DNA of 63,126 bases, filler included, from an uncultured bacterium (GTDB lineage: Bacteria > Latescibacterota > UBA2968), in assembly GCA_964471275.1 (NCBI GenBank). It is 9 parts of 9 records of this genome, joined end to end, with 100 filler letters (N's around TTAATTAATTAA, not from the genome) between each part and the next. Parts side by side here need not be neighbours in the genome. Positions count along the whole stretch, not along the records: positions 56,384 to 63,126 come from CAYYGZ010000244.1; 8 more parts are not named here. One strand, given 5' to 3'. Under the pieces are notes generated by a model. It saw only the letters and a program-made list of their open reading frames with translations, was not told where the DNA came from and ran no database searches. Position 1 is the stretch's first letter; each line of letters starts with the position of its first letter. The position numbers were made by a program, and so were the translations under genes. This document shows, one piece after another, positions 62,714-63,126 of this stretch.

Positions 62714-63126
62714 ATGAGGAAACGGCGAGCGACGAAGAAATCGCCAGCGAGGAATGCGGCCTGGCTTCACTCACAGATTGCCAAGGGGGAGATTTCGCCC
62801 GTCTACTTCCTGCACGGATCAGAAGAGTTGGGCAGGGATGAAGCGGTCAAGGCCTTGATCGATGCGTCACTTGATTCGGCTGCGAAGGCATTCAACCTGG
62901 ACATCTTCGTGGGTAGCGAGCTTGACGTGTCGGACGCCATCAACCGGGCATCCGCATTCCCCATGATGGGGTTGAGACGAGTTGTCGTGATCAAACGGGT
63001 GGAAGGGGTCCCGGAGGAATCGGCACGCGCATTCCTGCCGCTGGTCGAGAAACCGACCGATGGCACGGTGTTGATCTTCACCGCAAGCAAGGTCGATGGA
63101 CGGCGAAAATTTTTCGCGACACTCAA
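62714..63126 (+). CDS. holA: DNA polymerase III subunit delta; runs off the window
   Basis: Manual translation from ATG 62714: ISPVYFLHGSEE...AFNLDIFVG...AFPMMGLRRVVVIK...KVDGRRKF. Not in the ORF track because there is no stop. Confidence 0.9.
   Translation, partial: MRKRRATKKSPARNAAWLHSQIAKGEISPVYFLHGSEELGRDEAVKALIDASLDSAAKAFNLDIFVGSELDVSDAINRASAFPMMGLRRVVVIKRVEGVPEESARAFLPLVEKPTDGTVLIFTASKVDGRRKFFATL

Overview
This window is not one locus. It is nine unrelated contigs of about 6.7-7.3 kb, in descending length, joined by N-run/TTAATTAATTAA spacers at 7259-7358, 14596-14695, 21692-21791, 28697-28796, 35634-35733, 42548-42647, 49434-49533 and 56284-56383. There are also internal gaps at 852-861 and 23590-23689. 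Gene context is only meaningful within a contig. The organism is a GC-rich diderm bacterium. A T9SS/FlgD-type C-terminal tag, DUF6785-type transporters, a sulfatase and several Gfo/Idh/MocA and URO-D-like genes suggest a Latescibacterota-like FCB genome bin (inference). Housekeeping genes include lptBAC, pyrG, gatC, pcrA, dusA, modA, ftsH, folP, purM and holA. Best leads: (1) a selenoprotein split in two by the ORF track, with an in-frame UGA giving GH-U-STC and an adjacent SECIS-like hairpin (10415-12055, minus), convergent with a VKOR-DsbA fusion; (2) a giant (>2300 aa) nucleic-acid machine with cold-shock, DEDDh exonuclease, possible dead DinG-like, RecQ, UvrD and possible HIRAN-like modules; (3) a hydroxypyruvate reductase resembling plant peroxisomal HPR1; (4) modA coupled to two DUF6785 membrane proteins instead of modB; (5) a DUF2225-like Zn-finger protein fused to a degenerate GGDEF domain; (6) two orphan tRNA 3'-end fragments and many gene relics suggesting ongoing erosion. 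All family assignments come from visual motif recognition, not database searches.
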